From NCBI RefSeq assembly GCF_018977255.1, contig NW_024704742.1, forward strand, positions 47,060,001-47,124,000: a stretch of 64,000 nt of DNA. The letters run 5' to 3'. The DNA comes from Callorhinchus milii (lineage: Eukaryota). A program made the position numbers and the translations under genes. Each line of letters starts with the position of its first letter. Position 1 is the first letter of the stretch. A model generated the notes under the pieces. That model saw only the letters and a program-made list of their open reading frames with translations, had not been told where the DNA came from and made no database searches. This document shows positions 46,758 through 60,894 of the stretch, one piece after another.

Positions 46758-46965
46758 AACAACAACTTGCATTTATACAGTGCCCTTCACGCAGAATAGG
46801 GTCTTGGTGGGCTTGACAGTGACGGTGTCTGACACCGAGCCAGGGGGAGAGGGAGGGGGCAGGTGACTGTAAGCACGATCAAAAAGATAGGTCTTTAGTC
46901 GGGATTTGAAGTTGGGGAGAGAGGTTTGAAGGTGGGGAGGGAGATTTGTAGGTGGGAAAGTACCA
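46757..46965 (-). mobile_element. L2 3' end of a second L2 subfamily
   Basis: (caa)n cttgcatttatacagtgccc...; minus-strand translation FKSRLKTYLFDRAY. Confidence 0.75.
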
Positions 46966-48889
46966 AAGACGCTCGTGCGATCACAGTTCAATCAATGCTC
47001 ACAGAAGACTATTAATCCAGAATCAACGGAAGTGTTTAAAGAGGAGCTAGACAGAAACTTGGAAACAACGGTTATGATAATATTGGAAAGGGGATTACAA
47101 AATAAAAATATCTAAGAAAGTGCAGAGTAGGTTCAATGGGCTGAATGTCCTACTCTTAAGTTTCTAAGAATAAACAACTTCAGAAGAGAAAGAGGGGAGA
47201 AATACTGTCTTAGAACTCATGTAAAAGCATGTTATAAAATGGAGCTTAGTCAATGAAGACCCAATAAATAGTTTGCCCCATATCAGAAGCTGCAGTCTAT
47301 CAAAGTGATATAGTGAAGGAATGCTGTAGCTTGAAAAGATACACATTCAGAGGTCTCAAAGCGATCTGCTATTTTTACTTATCTGTTTTGTTGTGTCACA
47401 TCACATTACCAAATTGAAAGCAAGAATTATTACTGGATAACCAAATTTGCAGCAAAGAACTTATAAAGGTCATATAGCAATTTGGAAATGTTTAACTTTC
47501 AAAGATCATCTAGTTAGTGAAGTGAATTGATATGTCAGGTATTGAACAGTTTTTTTGATTGTGACCCTGGACATACAGAATGTTTTTTTATGTAATAATT
47601 TGTACTGTTGAAAATAATCACCCTCTACCTATATGCTTTGCAGAGATTTATATTTTTCATAAATGTTCTATTTATTTAAGGTTTTGTTACAAAGTTGCAT
47701 TTATTAGAAAGAATAATATAAAAAATGTGATGAGCAATAAAATGCTTTGTGAATGCACTGTTTGTATTAATAAAATTGAGTCCTGGAAGAAAAGTGCACT
47801 TGAGTTCTTGAATATTATAATTATAATGATATAGTAATATTGAAATACTGTATTTCTGTTTACACCGTGTAAACATAAGTTCGGTTTTGTTGCCTCTTTT
47901 GGGTGTACAACACAGGAGTCATAACCTGGATTCACACAGATCTAACCATTGGATCTTGACACTAACCATATGTGTCACACACTGAGCTACAAAAACATCA
48001 CTGAAACACAATCCACTTCCTGTACCATTGGGAGCAGAATTCCTGAAGGTGTGTGTGACCCATATCTAGGTACCAACAGATATCAATAATTTACAAATCC
48101 AAATCCTGTGTGGATCCAAGTTGTGAATACCATCTTTTCTTATCCCTTTATACCACACACCCATATATCGGACTCCACGCAATGAGTAATCCAGTAAATT
48201 CAAGCAAGATGAAAGGCTTCAATTATCATTTCACTGAGGACAAAATTAATTTCAACTGCAAGCTCACAACCAGACAAGCTTGCAAGCAGTACCCGAACAC
48301 ACACTTTGAGGTCTCCAAGCCTTGGCTCTTGCAAACAAATATTCTCTGGAATTAGGGAAGCAGGTTGCGTCCCTCCGAGGATAGAGTGCGTATTCTATTC
48401 CAGACACAAGAATTTCCATGTTTAGGTGCTATTCATTGAATTCTCAGACTGGATTGGATATTCTTGGAATTCTGCTTCTGTCAACACCTGGCTGACCAAA
48501 AAAATCTTTGCATAACTCACAAGACTCTTTTTGTTAACAGTAAGCAAATCTCTGTTGTGTGTAGCTGGAATTTTCCTACTCCTGTTTCACAAGTAGGTAT
48601 AAACATACCACTAATGTTGGTAAATCTGGCCAACAATCCACCAAATAAAATTGGTCACTCACTCCATGGCTGTTTGTGAGATATTGCTATGTGCAAATCA
48701 GTTGCCTCATTCACCCACAAAATGCAGTTACTGAACTTTACAGTATATCCTGTGAAGGCACTCTGAGATGTCTCAATGACATCTAATGTACTATATCAAA
48801 TATTGATATAGGATTGTTATTATTATTTTACAGATTTATAGACTTAGTATCTGCCTATGTCTCTTCATATTTCTCATCCTGCCAAAAAG

Positions 48890-49720
48890 ATAGTCATAAA
48901 GATTGGGCTTAGGGGGGATTTAAAAGAAAAGGGAAGATGTGAGCTGGAGGGATTTCGGGAGAGAGTTCCCGTGGGAGATAGTAAAGAGACTGAAGGCTTG
49001 ATGGTGAGGTAGAGCAGCTGGAAGGCTTGAAGCAGGCTAGATTTGGCAGAGAGAGTAAAGAGTAAGATAACAGGAAATAACAGAAATAGAGTAGTGTAAG
49101 GCCATGGAGACATTTATAGTAAGGACATAGATTTTACAGTTGATCATTGGAGGGATACAACAACAACAACTTGCACTTATATAGCGCCCTCCATGCAGGG
49201 TAGCGTTTAAGAATGCTTAACAGTGGCGGAGCCTGACTCCGAGCTGGGGTGGGTGGGAGGAGGTGGCCGTAAGCACAGTCAAAGAGGAACTTGAAAAGGG
49301 GGAGTGAGGGAGCAAGGCAGAGGGATTGAGGGAGAGTGTTCCAGAGTTAAAGGGATAAGAAGACAGTTGAGCCGGACAGAGATGGGACTGATGGGCTCAT
49401 GGAGCCAATTACAGGAGGCGTTCTATATGGTATGGAGCATGTGAAGAGTGGTGCACTAAAAAATTGAGTCTGCAAGTGACAAAAGTACAGATGAGTGATT
49501 CAGTGGCATTGGGAATGAGGTAGTGGCAGAAGCAAGCAATACTGCAGAGATGGAAGAAAGTGGGCTTGGTCAGAACCCAGTCGAAAGGTTAAAGGACAGT
49601 AAAGAGTAAACCTGAGCTGACATACCTCAGTTTATTGTCTCACCTGAAAGGCGGCACCGACAACAATGCAGCACATCCCCAGCACTGCATTGTAGTGTCA
49701 GCCTAGACTATGCGAGGTCA
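48890..49720 (-). mobile_element. Cluster of degenerate L2 fragments (~48890-49580) and a Deu-SINE core (~49625-49720)
   Basis: L2 tail (caa)n cttgcacttatatagcgccc at ~49157; purine-rich antisense L2 ORF2 remnants; reverse Deu core ggctgacactacaatgcagtgctgggg. Confidence 0.6.
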
Positions 49721-50847
49721 AAGTCCTGATAATTGGGGTTATAAAACTGATTCAAGCATTGTGTTTTACATTAACCCACCACCTTACATTTTGATGAGGG
49801 AGTGCACTGATCAGTAATGTATTACTAATCTGGTCCAAATATCATGCACATTTGTAAACCTTTGTGATTCAAAAATAGGGTACTACGCTCACAAAATATT
49901 AATGTGAAGTGCTGGCAAAATAAGTTAGGGAAAAAAATCATAAATCAAGTCATTAGCAAATGGTTTGAGTCCCAGGCTAATTCTTATTCCACACATATCA
50001 GATTTCACAATAAAAGCACATTTCACTGCATTGTGAATAACAATATTCCTTGCATTTTTTTGATTTTTTAAAAATAATACACATAATTTTCCACTTATCA
50101 TTGCATTCTGCATGGGGCACCTGTTTTAAAGTGCACTGCAATTCAGGTGAAAGACCTGACCTCAATTGGTAAGCCGACAGAAAAGCACATTTTTTCAAAG
50201 AAAATTTCATTTTCAAATGCATTCTCTTTAGGAATAAATTACCAAGGCATTTGTTCTTCTCCACAAGAGGCAATTTCCTCCCCAGTGCCCCTTCCTGGTC
50301 AGAAAAAATAAGAGAAAAGCGAATGAGAAATCCATTTGAATTAATAATCCAGCAGTGCCAACCATCACTGTGGAATGTAAAGAGCTTGAGGCACAGTTCT
50401 TCAAATAAACAGCAAATGCACTTCTACTTAAGCTCTAAATTGATGCTGATGGAACACCACAGACAAGCAAGACTTCAATCCCAATAGGAGGAAAATGTGA
50501 TAATGGGTCTGATTCTCCTGGGATTTGAAGTCTTTCATAATTCTAATAATCCTTGAATTTGATATTACGCCTATTTGATATAACATCAAATACATCTCCA
50601 AGATTCTGTAAAATTTACTGACTGTGTATTTGTAGGCCAACATGGTAGCCAGTTTTGACTATGAGCAATCAAAATCCCCCAATGTGGGATTTGAACCCAC
50701 AACATAATGCTCCAAAGAGGAGGGGTGCTACCAATTGAACCCAGATTGGGCTAACCTCCTGGTTAGCAGACTTGCCACAATGATGTACAACTCAGTGTTG
50801 GTGAAACAGCCTTGACCAGTTGAGAATTGAAGAAATTGCAACATAGG

Positions 50848-51198
50848 AATAATAATAATTCTTGTATTTAATATAGCACATTATCACTTTGTCAAGACAT
50901 CTCAAAGCACTTCACAGAATATACTGTAAAGTGAATTGACTGAATATTTTGTGGGCGAAACGTGGCAGCCAATTGCACACAGCAGTGTCCCACAAACAGT
51001 CGTGGATTGAAGTGACCAATTCATTTTTGTTGAAGGAACTTTTACCGCCAATCGACTAACAACCAGGTTCCTGCTTATTGCTAGGTAACCAGAGGCAGGT
51101 GGAGTAAGGAAATTTTCCCAACATTTCGTCCTGCAGGGAATCAAACCCAAGTCTCCACTTGCGAGGCGAGTGCTCTAACCACTGAGCTACACGACTCC
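50848..51198 (-). mobile_element. Full-length tRNA-derived SINE (long-body subfamily)
   Basis: Reverse strand ggagtcgtgtagctcagtggttagagcactcgcctcgcaag..., body and (tta)n tail. Confidence 0.9.
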
Positions 51199-51934
51199 AT
51201 GGACTCCAGGACATATATGTTTACATGTAAATTTACTTAACAAACATCTACCACCAGTCAGTGCAAAACTTTGCAGTCTTCTCTTTATTTTTATTTTCGT
51301 CTTACCATTTTATCAACAAACAAACCAAAAGATCAAAGTACACGTGGATATGCTGTGAGAATATGAGTATTGAGATCACATACCCAACAGCATTTTTTAT
51401 TTGCTAATCAAAAAAGCAATTTAGCCACGTTTGGATTTCCTATTAGCCACAAGTGTCTAGTGGCTAAAGTATTGGACAACCTTGGTCTAGGCTGACACTC
51501 CGATATGGGAGGGCATCTCAAAGTGCTTGACATGGTGGCTGGGTTCCTGACACTCCTAGGGTTAGGGTTAGGTTAGGACACTCCAATACAGTATTTTGGA
51601 AGCACTGATTGCTAGAATCCCTCTGACTCATCTACTCCCACCTCACTTCCTGCTCAAAACTTGTCTCTTTGACTGCACGCTTAGTCAATTTTCCCCTCCC
51701 CCATCCTCTTCAGCTCTCACCCCCCCCCCAACTCAGAAACCCAGCCAGCCATGTCAAGAACTTTGAGATCCCCTCCCAACATAACAGGTGCTATATAAAT
51801 GTAAATTGCATTGTATTAATGTATCTGAGGTGCCGTCTTTTAGATGAGACTTTAAACCAAGATCTGTTCATCATGTTATTATTAAAAGGCTCATGAGACC
51901 ATTCAAAACAAGTTTCTCCCAATGTCCTGACCAA

Positions 51935-52395
51935 GATGGAGGCAGATACATATTTGTTAGGTCAGGGTATTGAGGGATACGGGGCAAGGGCGTATCCTGT
52001 ACCTCATTAGCTTTGAGGTACAGAATGGCGGAACAGGTTCAAGGGACTGAATGGCCTTCTCTTATTTCTATGTTTCTAAAAATCATCCAGATAAATTGGT
52101 CATTTACCATATGCTGAATGTGGGAATTTGTGCTGCTGCTGTTTTTATCTACACGTCCTCCCGACGTGAAATGCGCTATACAAATTTAATTTTGTTGTCG
52201 TTGCTGTTGTTGTTCTAACTATCTTAGTTCTGATTTTATGGCTGTGCCCATTTATAATGGATCCCTCTGATACAGGGAAGAGCCTTCCACTATTTCTGTC
52301 AATTCCTTTAATCATTTTAAATATCTCAATCATGTTATCCCTTAACCTCCTCTGCTCCAAGAGATATAATCCATCTCCCAGGCCTCTCATCATAC
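51935..52395. mobile_element. CR1 tail (+, ~51935-52080), short L2 tail (+, ~52150-52213) and CR1 ORF2 C-terminal fragment (-, ~52215-52395)
   Basis: CR1 tail aatggcggaacaggttcaagggactgaatggcct; L2 tail cgtcctcccgacgtgaaatgcgctat; minus-strand ORF LEQRRLRDNMIEIFKMIKG. Confidence 0.75.
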
Positions 52396-53779
52396 CTAAA
52401 ATATTTTGATATTATACGGGCTACAAAAATTCTTGATATTTATGTATTCTTCCTTTACAAAGGTTTGCTTCTTACATGTTAGTGTCTCAGCCTCAATAGG
52501 CAAATGATTTAAAGTATTTCATAAACAGGTTGTTTCACAAAAGGGGTCTAAACACTTGCTTGTTACTGTTTTGAGATGCTAAGCTGTTGATCTGAGGAAA
52601 CAGTACGATGCTCACATGATTGAAAATTATACAAACTCTTTGTTAACAGCTCTTACAGAAAGTGGTCCACCACTGCAACTGTTCAAAATACAATCATGCA
52701 GTAACAAAACAGTCAAAGAAAAAAATATAAGGTCACCAGTGCAAAAAGCTGCTGAGGATAGATTTATTATCTGTAGGTTGGTTCAACAATGGAGTTTAAA
52801 ATAAGCAATATTCTCAAACCAAATTCATTCTTTTATTTGCAGCTTCTGGTCTGCCAATATCAGATTGCTTTTCTGGGGGTAATAATTCCTTTTTTAAAAA
52901 AAATGTTTGTGGGACACTGCTGTGCACAATTGGCTGCCATGTTTCACCCACAAAAATATACAGTCAATTAACTTTACAATGTATTCTATGGAGCGCTTTG
53001 AGATATCTAGAAGACGTGATAAGGCGTTATATCAAAAGCAAGGATTATTATTACTATTATTATTGCGAAATTTGTAAACGTTTTACACATTTGCTTTTGG
53101 ATGCAAAGTTAAACTGAGTGTTCTGACTGTTCAGGCAGACGTAAGACATCTCATAGCAGGATTGCAAAAATAATGTGAGTTTCTCCCTGTGTCCTGGCCA
53201 ACAAACTTCCAGATAAAATTTGTTCATTCACTTCATTGGTGTTTATATATTGGTGATATAAGATAGGCGCAAATTGGCTGCTGTATTACCTTACAAAATA
53301 CACAGTCATTAAACTTTAGAGTAAATGCTATGAAGTCGTTGAGATATTTTGGCAATGGAATAAAGCACTGTAAAAAAATTCAAGGATTATTATTATTATA
53401 ATTATTGTTATTACTTGCTCTTTGCTAGCCTTTGCCAGCTTTCAGGAATCTCCACCGAGAATTTCTCCCGAATTTGGCAATCAGGTGTTCACAAACCAGA
53501 AGTCATGAGTAGTCCAGCAAATGATCACTTATTTGACCCCAATGTAATTAAAGAATAAATCAGAGTGTGAGATGTACCATAAGTTAAACTGTTTGTAAAT
53601 TTGCTACTGTCAGCCTAGGGGACACAAGGCCATTACTCAGCACCTCATTCTCGTTTTGTGCTGAACGTGCATTAATTCAATACAAGAAGAAACTCTGGGC
53701 TTAAGAACCGGCGCAAACATGATTGGCAGAAGGGCCTTCTTCTGTGCTGCAATTTTCTATGGTACTATGACAGGAATGT

Positions 53780-54182
53780 GGAGTCCTGTAGCTCAGTGGT
53801 TAGAGCACTCGCTTTGCAAGCGAGAGACCTGGGTTTGATTCCCGGCAGGGTGAAACCTTGGGCAAGTTTCCTTACTCCACACGCCTAATAATAATCCTTC
53901 CAAATCAAAACAATAATAAATTGGTCATTTCCAATACACGACAGTTTGTGGGACACTGCTGTGCGCAATTGGCTGCCGCGTTTCGCCCACAAATATACGG
54001 TCAATTCACTTTACAGTCTATTCTATGAAGCACTTTGAGATGTCGAGACAATATGAAAAGCGTTATATCAAATGCAAGGATTATTATTGTTATATTATTA
54101 TTATATTATTCTGTGAAGCGCTTTGAGACGTCTAGAAGACATGAAAAGCACTATATCAAATGCAAGCATTATTATTATTATT
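53780..54182 (+). mobile_element. Full-length tRNA(Ala)-derived SINE (short-body subfamily) with a tandem second tail
   Basis: Anticodon-like arm ctcgc-tttgcaa-gcgag. The tail ends ~54104, and its last ~75 bp recur at ~54105-54182. Confidence 0.92.
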
Positions 54183-57100
54183 TATGCCAATACTTGTGGC
54201 CTAGCTTACTGCAGCCTGAGGAGAAAGTGGTCTAGGCTGGCAGAGAAACTAATTCAAATCTCCAGCAGCAGCACTGCCTCTTAGAAGAGCAGCTAGGTTT
54301 ACATTGCATCCTGATGGCATAGCATATATGTTCACTAAAACACTGTCCAATAAAGTAATAGGAAGGGCTCACTATTAAGACAAGGCAACAAGACTAATAT
54401 CATAATTTCAGTTATTTATTTATATCTATAAAATGTAAAATGTATGTGCAAAAGATGCTTAAATACTGTGTGTATTACATTAGGCAAACAGTGGAAAATT
54501 TGTCAGGATTTACAGTGGCAACCAGCGCACTTTTAGCTGGGAAATAAACATTGTAGGGACCCCAAGCCTTGGGTCTTTGTATCGTGTGCCTAAACTCTCC
54601 AGAATTAAACTTGTATGCCTCCATGGAGAGAGAATGCACTCCATGAAGACAAATGGAAATTTGTATACATATGTGGGACTTTCAGTCCTTTGGTATTGCT
54701 GCTCTTCAGCATGATGATGGGTTTCTGAGTGTCTCAGACATCCGGCTAACCAAAAAATAAAGTGTTCAACCACCCCCACACACATACACACACACACGGG
54801 CACACAGCTGCGCACACACATACACACAGCTCAGCACAGCTCACTGCAGCAATTAGTTTGAGTGCAGCCACTTAAACAAAATGAGGGATGGGTTAACAAC
54901 TAGGACATCTTCAAGAACAGAATATCCCAGAATATTTTAATGATCACAGATCACATCACACAGTGCATTTTGCACCATTTTGTCAGACTTTTTTATCACC
55001 TTTTACTAAAGTACTTCTTTTGCATTTCTATTCTCTTTCGATAGCCTTATTCTGAAGACATGATATTTGCTGTTGAATTTTGTATGCATCAGAAAACCAT
55101 TTCCGAATCCAAATTTCCCAAATACATCATCTTAAATGCCTCGATCATGTTGGGTTCTGAAGCAGGAAGTTGGCTGAGAATATACAAATTACAGGGTGTT
55201 GTTAAGACAATATGGAAATATGCATGCAGCTGTGTCTATGACTTGTGTCAAGCACAGTGTTGTTGTTTTTATGTCGAGAATTTCACTTCCAAAAATGCAA
55301 AAGGGAAATAAAGCACATTCCCCCTAAAATAAGTTTGCTTGGAAAACAACTGGAGAAACGATCTATAAATCATAAATTGGATAGGGCTGGTAGAAACCCA
55401 AATAAGTAACTCAACAAACAATCAGGTAGAACTAGTTTAATTTTTAACTGCTTGAAGCTTGCAGCAAGAGTTTTCCACAGAAATGTAATGAGTATCATAT
55501 CATGCAGTAAGCAAAGATCTTTAGATAGCCAGTAAGATAATATATGATAAGCATTGGCTGCAGGCGAGGGCTGTATTCTTCAGTTAAACTTGTGTGTTTG
55601 CTCCAAAAGCTACAAAAAGACTTCTAAGTATTCTGATTAACAGGAAGAAAGAATAGGCATAATAGAAAGCTCCTCTCTATAAATTAATAATAATACCTGC
55701 AACTGAAATAGTGCCTTATCACATCGTCAACATGCCCTGAAGTACTTCGCAGGATTTTACTGTACTGACAAGACAGAAGCCATACTCCTAGGATTCTATC
55801 AAAATCTTCTCACCGGCAGTTCCAAATTCCTTGATCTCCCTCTGGCCTATCTCTTAGACTTACTTGTGTACAACCTCAGCATTAGGTTCCATCTCCAGCT
55901 GTCCTTCCTACCCCACATCTGACCCCTGACCAGCACCACGTTCCTCTGACTCTGCCACACTAGTCATTATTATTTCATATTCGGTTCCATTCCCTCTTCT
56001 TTCTCATTCACCACAGCAATACTTTTCCGGTAACTTGAACGCATGTTGAATTTAGCACAGTGGGAGATAAGAATTACTTTTGGGCCCTCCTTGAATAAAG
56101 GACAAAAATGTGCAGCGCTATCACTCAGCTAAGATAAGGTTTTAATTCTTTAAATGCTCCAAGAAGGGTATTATATAAATGAAAATTGCTTTTGTTGAAA
56201 CAACAAAAGGAGTTGAATGTTTTGCGATGTGCTCCTAACGTGAAAGGTGCTATATAAATGTATGTTGTTGTTATAGTTGTTGCACCATACTGCTGTTGTG
56301 GGCTCAGTTTATACACTCAGTAACGTGCTGCAAAAAAAACCTCAGGGACAAGAAATAAACTGTTGAGAAGTTGCTGTTCGTTATTCTTATTGTCGTGGCT
56401 CTACGCAGTATGGAACATATCGAATTAGAAAAGATTCATACTCTCTATTTTAATGTAAAAATGAACAATATTTAACTTCTCATAACTGAACCGATTACAT
56501 CACCAAATAGCTATTGTCGCTGCTTTTGCAATATGGTTTTGTTGCCAGACTCAAGGTTTCTAATGTTTTTCACAATTGCCATATTCCAGGAACTGCCTTC
56601 AGTAAATAATGTTCTGTGTGTGCAGCAGCGCTGTGTTGACACTCTTGTGGACGTATCGCAATAACAGCACAGCTTGCCTGAATGCCTGAATCATCATTAG
56701 AATTTTATTTTGTGATCTAAATAAATTGACTGACCAATAAGGTAGCCATACACTTTATAGTAAATCCTATGAAGAAGTTTGAGACATTTCAATGATGGGA
56801 TAAGGTGTTACATTAAATACAAGGATTATTATAATCAAAAGCAGTAATAGAGGATGAGACATGTGCCTGAAGATCAGGTGACTTTGCTCCTGGCTCTTTT
56901 CACCTTGCTGCTACCATGACTTAGGTGGCACAGATCACAAGAATATATTAATGTCAGTTTGGTAGTTGTGAACATGTTGACATTAATGTGGTAGACGTAC
57001 AACAGCATCACACATCACCAGGGTCTTAGATGGCATTTATTGGAGCAATATACAATACATTGCTCTCTAGATTGACTTTACCCAGATAGAAAACACCCAA

Positions 57101-57289
57101 AAGAATGATCTTAAATGGTTAGAAACAAATGGCTTAGCCACCTGGCTTCATGCTTTATTCTGTCAGATGAGTGAACTCTTCAGCCCCTATTGTACTCATC
57201 TACTTGTTGTAAGAATATCGAGCCTGGAACAAGAAATGGCTAGTTAGCCACCAAGTTCACTCTTTGTATTGTCCATGCATCATTAACTC

Positions 57290-57530
57290 CAAATATACAG
57301 GCACACTAATACAGACACTAACACGTAGGCACAAACTCTTATACACACACATTATCACATACACTAACATATAGACACACACCCATATATAGCGTCTTAT
57401 CATGTTGTCCAAACTCATATACATATATAGACTCAAATATGCACACTGCCATACACTCATATATGGACACCCACATTTAAATATAAACACACTCACATAA
57501 ATATTGTACATGTATACACTCACACACTGA
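57290..57530. repeat. Degenerate (CA/TA)n low-complexity tract
   Basis: Alternating purine-pyrimidine runs; the source of a spurious Val/Cys/Met/Tyr-rich ORF. Confidence 0.75.
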
Positions 57531-58599
57531 CTCATCTTTGAAAACATCACATTGCTTTTACCGATAGGTTTATCAATACAACTGACTAATAATTCAAAAC
57601 TTCACCAAGAAATTTCTGTTCAAATCAGATAAATATAACTTCTACTATTTTCAAAAAAAAAGAAAGTCTTTTTGTCAGTCACTCTCAGCGCCTAGCAGCT
57701 GAGCAGAACCACCATTACTGCCTTTGCCCTTCCAGCTCCTTCTCAGGTGCTCCTAGGTTTTGAATAGCTCTTTAAGATTCTAATTATGGTGAATTGGGCA
57801 TCAATCATTGCTAAAATAAACTACAGTGCTTGCTACATAATCCCAGGCAACTTTAATATGGTAATAACCAAACTTTTGCTGGAATAGAAACTCTCCATCT
57901 GGCTAAAGGCTGCATATGGTTCAACTTTAGAGTGCTTATTCTGCCTAACACACTGAAAGGCACAGTATTACCATCCAGCGGTAGATAAAATATCGGATCA
58001 ATCGAAATAAATAATATTGAATTTAATTGCTTGAAATTGTGTCGAAACGAGCAGCCTGCAGATTCTCACCATTACACATTGCAATCCTGTGGCATCAAAA
58101 GTGACAGTCAGGTGGGATCTTGTTTTGAAGAGACACTGTACTGCCCGAAACCTACACAAGAAACTCTTGGGCAACAGGTATCCGATACATCCTGTTCATT
58201 TCAGTAATGTTGAAAGTAATTTATTTTTTAAAAAAAGTAACTTATGCACAGCTGATGTCAACTGCTTGGCAGGTAAATGAACTCTACCTGGCTTTAGTTC
58301 CATTGTGTTTCTTCTCAGAACGTGACCTCTTAAAATGCCTATTACCTGCTCACTCAGTCAATTGGATATGTTTATTTAATTTGTCTAACCACTAATACCC
58401 TTTCACCTATACTGTTCTAGGTTCATCCATATTTATATCCCAGACATGTTATGGACAAAATACAAACTATAGCCAGCTAATGTTTAGCATGATGTAAAAA
58501 TACAAAATCCTTGGGTAAATTAAAGGCTATAATTCAATCATGGGATTCAGCTGATGTCTGAAAGTCACACATGTTTTGCTCTTGTGGTTCACAGTAGTT

Positions 58600-58842
58600 A
58601 ACTCGTTCCCCGTCCTCTCCACAATCGGCAGCTGCGCTTTCAGCCACTGTGCCCCGAAGCTTTAGAACTCTCTCCTTTAATCCCTCCATCTTGCCCTCTC
58701 CTTCACCTGTATTAGATCACAACTGAAGACCTTTCTCTTCAACCATCTTTGTGGTCACCTCCTCCCTCCCCTTATCTCGGCATCAGACTCCACCACTGTT
58801 AAGCGCTCAGAGACCAAAATGCAAGTTGTTGTTGTTGCTGTT
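58600..58842 (+). mobile_element. L2 3' fragment
   Basis: acaatcggcagctgcgctttcagccactgtgccccgaagc...ctgaagacctttctcttc...aaatgcaag(ttg)n. Confidence 0.7.
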
Positions 58843-60639
58843 TTGTCAAAACCCCTCAATTGAATTGGATCCTTGTAACTCCTGCCTAAACCCTCTTACA
58901 TATGTTTATATTATATATATACATATATATATATAAAAAGCATCCTCTTTGTGTTTGGGTGAGAGGAGAGTCAGAAAAACATCGTAAAGACAAGGTGTGG
59001 AACTGATGCGGCAGCATTTTCTGATGTGCTCTACTTTTATCTACAATAAAACAATAAAAAGGTTTGCCGAACACATTTTGCCTTGAAGACAATTCCCCTT
59101 CTAAACAGGGGTTCTGTTTTAAACTCATTCTAAAATGTAGCTGTTGTGAAAGGCTGTGTTTCTTTGGCTCTAAGTATTGTACACAGACATTGTGCTTTAT
59201 ATGTACAAGGGATTTGGGAGAGTGCCAGGTTGCATCCCACTTCCACGTTTGACTTCATCGGCATAGCTTTGTGAAGTCATGCATTTCATAGGCTGAAGGT
59301 CATACCCAACTTAAGGAGGCTTAGTGCAATACATCACACTGTGGGTTTGCAAGTCTAAATAAATGATGATCATTTTCCTTATGTGGCAAATGAAATTTTC
59401 AATGTTGCCATGTGAAAACTTAGAAAAATTATCTAAGTTAAAATACAGTAGTATCATAAATTCAAAACAAAGTTATTTTCTCACTCACCAGCCACCTAAA
59501 CAAACTGTACAACACCAATCAGTTGTAACATTAGAATTTGAAGATCAATTATTTGCATTCTCTATGATATTTCATAAACCAGCTTAAGTAAAAGGCTGAG
59601 ATCGGAGTCCTGGAATCTTTTTCTCATTCCTCTTATCAGATGAGCGTTGATTCATATTATGTAGATACAACACACACTTTCATTCTACCGAGTCGTATAA
59701 TAATACTTGTATTTGATATAACACCTTATTACGTTGAAGCAATTCAAAGTGCTTTGTACAGGGAGTTACTTTGATGTGTGGTGACTCATTATGTAAACAC
59801 ATCAATCTATCTGAGCCAACCACATCCCACAAGCAGCAATAAATTAGTGACTAATAAATTGTCTGTTTTTGAAGATTTGGGGAGAATACTGACCAAAACA
59901 CCGAGTGAATTCCCTGCTCTTTGATATTGTGCCCTGATTCTTCAATATAAATCAAAACCATCAATGCAGGCAGACATATGAACATATTTTATCTAATATT
60001 ACACTGTGTATTTGAGTAAGTCACAAACACAGTAGGAAAACAATCAGAATTATAGGAAAGAACATGGGATTAAAGCAGTTAACTCAAATGGAAGACCTTG
60101 CATCAGAATAAGAAAGCCATCTCCTGTGTTGTAACTTCTTTGCTACACAGTTCATTCTCTTTACGTCAAGGTTATTAGGCCAAGTACTTCAACAGTGTCA
60201 GTCGAGATGATGAGCTCAAGTACCAATGTGGGGTTTGAACTGACAAACCTTCTGACCCAGAGGAGAAAGTGCCACCCGTTGAGCTACACTGACAAACCTA
60301 ATTTACTTCAAGTAAATAAAACTATTAGTGCAAAATATTCCAATATCAAATATAAAATACTTAACAGGTAATTTACTATATTAGTCATTTTAAACCAGCC
60401 GCAGATTTTAGCTAAACCATCCTTTTTAACAACACACTCAATTGTTTAGTTTTTTGGTTTTTCCTGAAAGCATTTTCTCTCTAGGTTGCCTGGCTTCAGA
60501 CATGTTGCACATGGTTGAGCTTGGGGGATAGGAAACTGTTCCTTTGACAAATAGCTACTAGAAATCTGCCCTCTTATGCAGCATGTAGTGTGAGCCTCCA
60601 GAGGCATGAATAAGCAAAGCAGAAGTGGAAGTACTAACA

Positions 60640-60812
60640 ATGGGGGACACCTTTCATCCTCTTTCTGCTCCTCACCCACTCCCCCCAAAGGTCCCACCCC
60701 TTTGACCCCTCCACCCCCAGGTAAGGTGCTCACCTTGGATTGTCCAGCACCTTAGGACGTCCTTCTGACATGAAACGTGCTATATAAATATAAGTTTGTA
60801 TTGTAGTGTGTT
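60640..60812 (+). mobile_element. L2 3' tail
   Basis: ttgtccagcaccttaggacgtccttctgacatgaaacgtgctatataaat. Confidence 0.7.
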
Positions 60813-60894
60813 GTAAATAGACTTTTGTTGATGGCCCCCACACAGAATTGGACCAGCAACAAACTATCAGTAGTGGAGGCCAAATAATGCCTGT

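Noticed and set aside
51556..51577. Telomere-like ctagggttagggttaggttagg
   Set aside because: Only about two near-perfect units; too short to call an interstitial telomeric sequence.
53780..53853. tRNA-Ala(UGC)-like cloverleaf, also at 30612, 32298 and ~51125-51198
   Set aside because: Each runs directly into a SINE body and tail, and the anticodon loops differ among copies. These are SINE heads, not tRNA genes.
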